This document shows positions 33,211 to 33,222 of a stretch of 33,222 bases of DNA, in pieces. Positions within the stretch are counted from its first letter, which is position 1; each line of letters begins with the position of its first letter. The position numbers were made by a program, and so were the translations under genes. Origin of the DNA: a virus (lineage: Duplodnaviria > Caudoviricetes); the IMG/VR virus record IMGVR_UViG_3300034420_000035, positions 1-33,222 of that record; one strand, written 5' to 3'. Below the pieces are notes generated by a model. That model ran no database searches. It was not told where the DNA came from and saw only the letters and a program-made list of their open reading frames with translations.

Positions 33211-33222
33211 AATCTAAAGTTA

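Larger units (their letters stand above)
1..33222. mobile_element. Temperate siphovirus genome (near-complete, attP configuration)
   Basis: Integrase, immunity, replication, packaging, lysis, head and lambda-like non-contractile tail modules all present; no host housekeeping genes; att core has phage genes on both sides. Confidence 0.95.

Overview
The whole window is a GC-rich temperate siphovirus, apparently in excised (attP) form, because phage genes flank a tRNA-Thr(CGT) 3'-half att core on both sides. Left to right: a lambdoid immunity region (leftward promoter and operators, PDZ lipoprotein, ImmA/IrrE peptidase, cI-like and Cro-like HTH genes, CII-like gene); replication and recombination genes (RusA-like, DUF1376 initiator with internal iterons, DnaB, Ref-like nuclease, NinB); terminase; a Mor-like HTH gene; a lysis cassette whose only peptidoglycan-enzyme candidate is a Tlde1/DUF2778-like L,D-transpeptidase-fold protein; head genes; a lambda-like tail (tube, chaperones, TMP, M/L/K/I/J); a permuted papain-like amidase; attP; integrase/excisionase; and a leftward array of small early genes. 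The most notable unannotated signals are cis-elements: structured non-coding RNA at both window ends (boxA leader; a large pseudoknot), a duplicated late-promoter motif, a +1/-2 rather than -1 tail chaperone frameshift, G(C/T)GAT-loop hairpins in structural-gene leaders, and identical 15-18 bp start-associated repeats. All family calls are from motif recognition by eye; no searches were run, and circularity or completeness of the genome cannot be established from the window.
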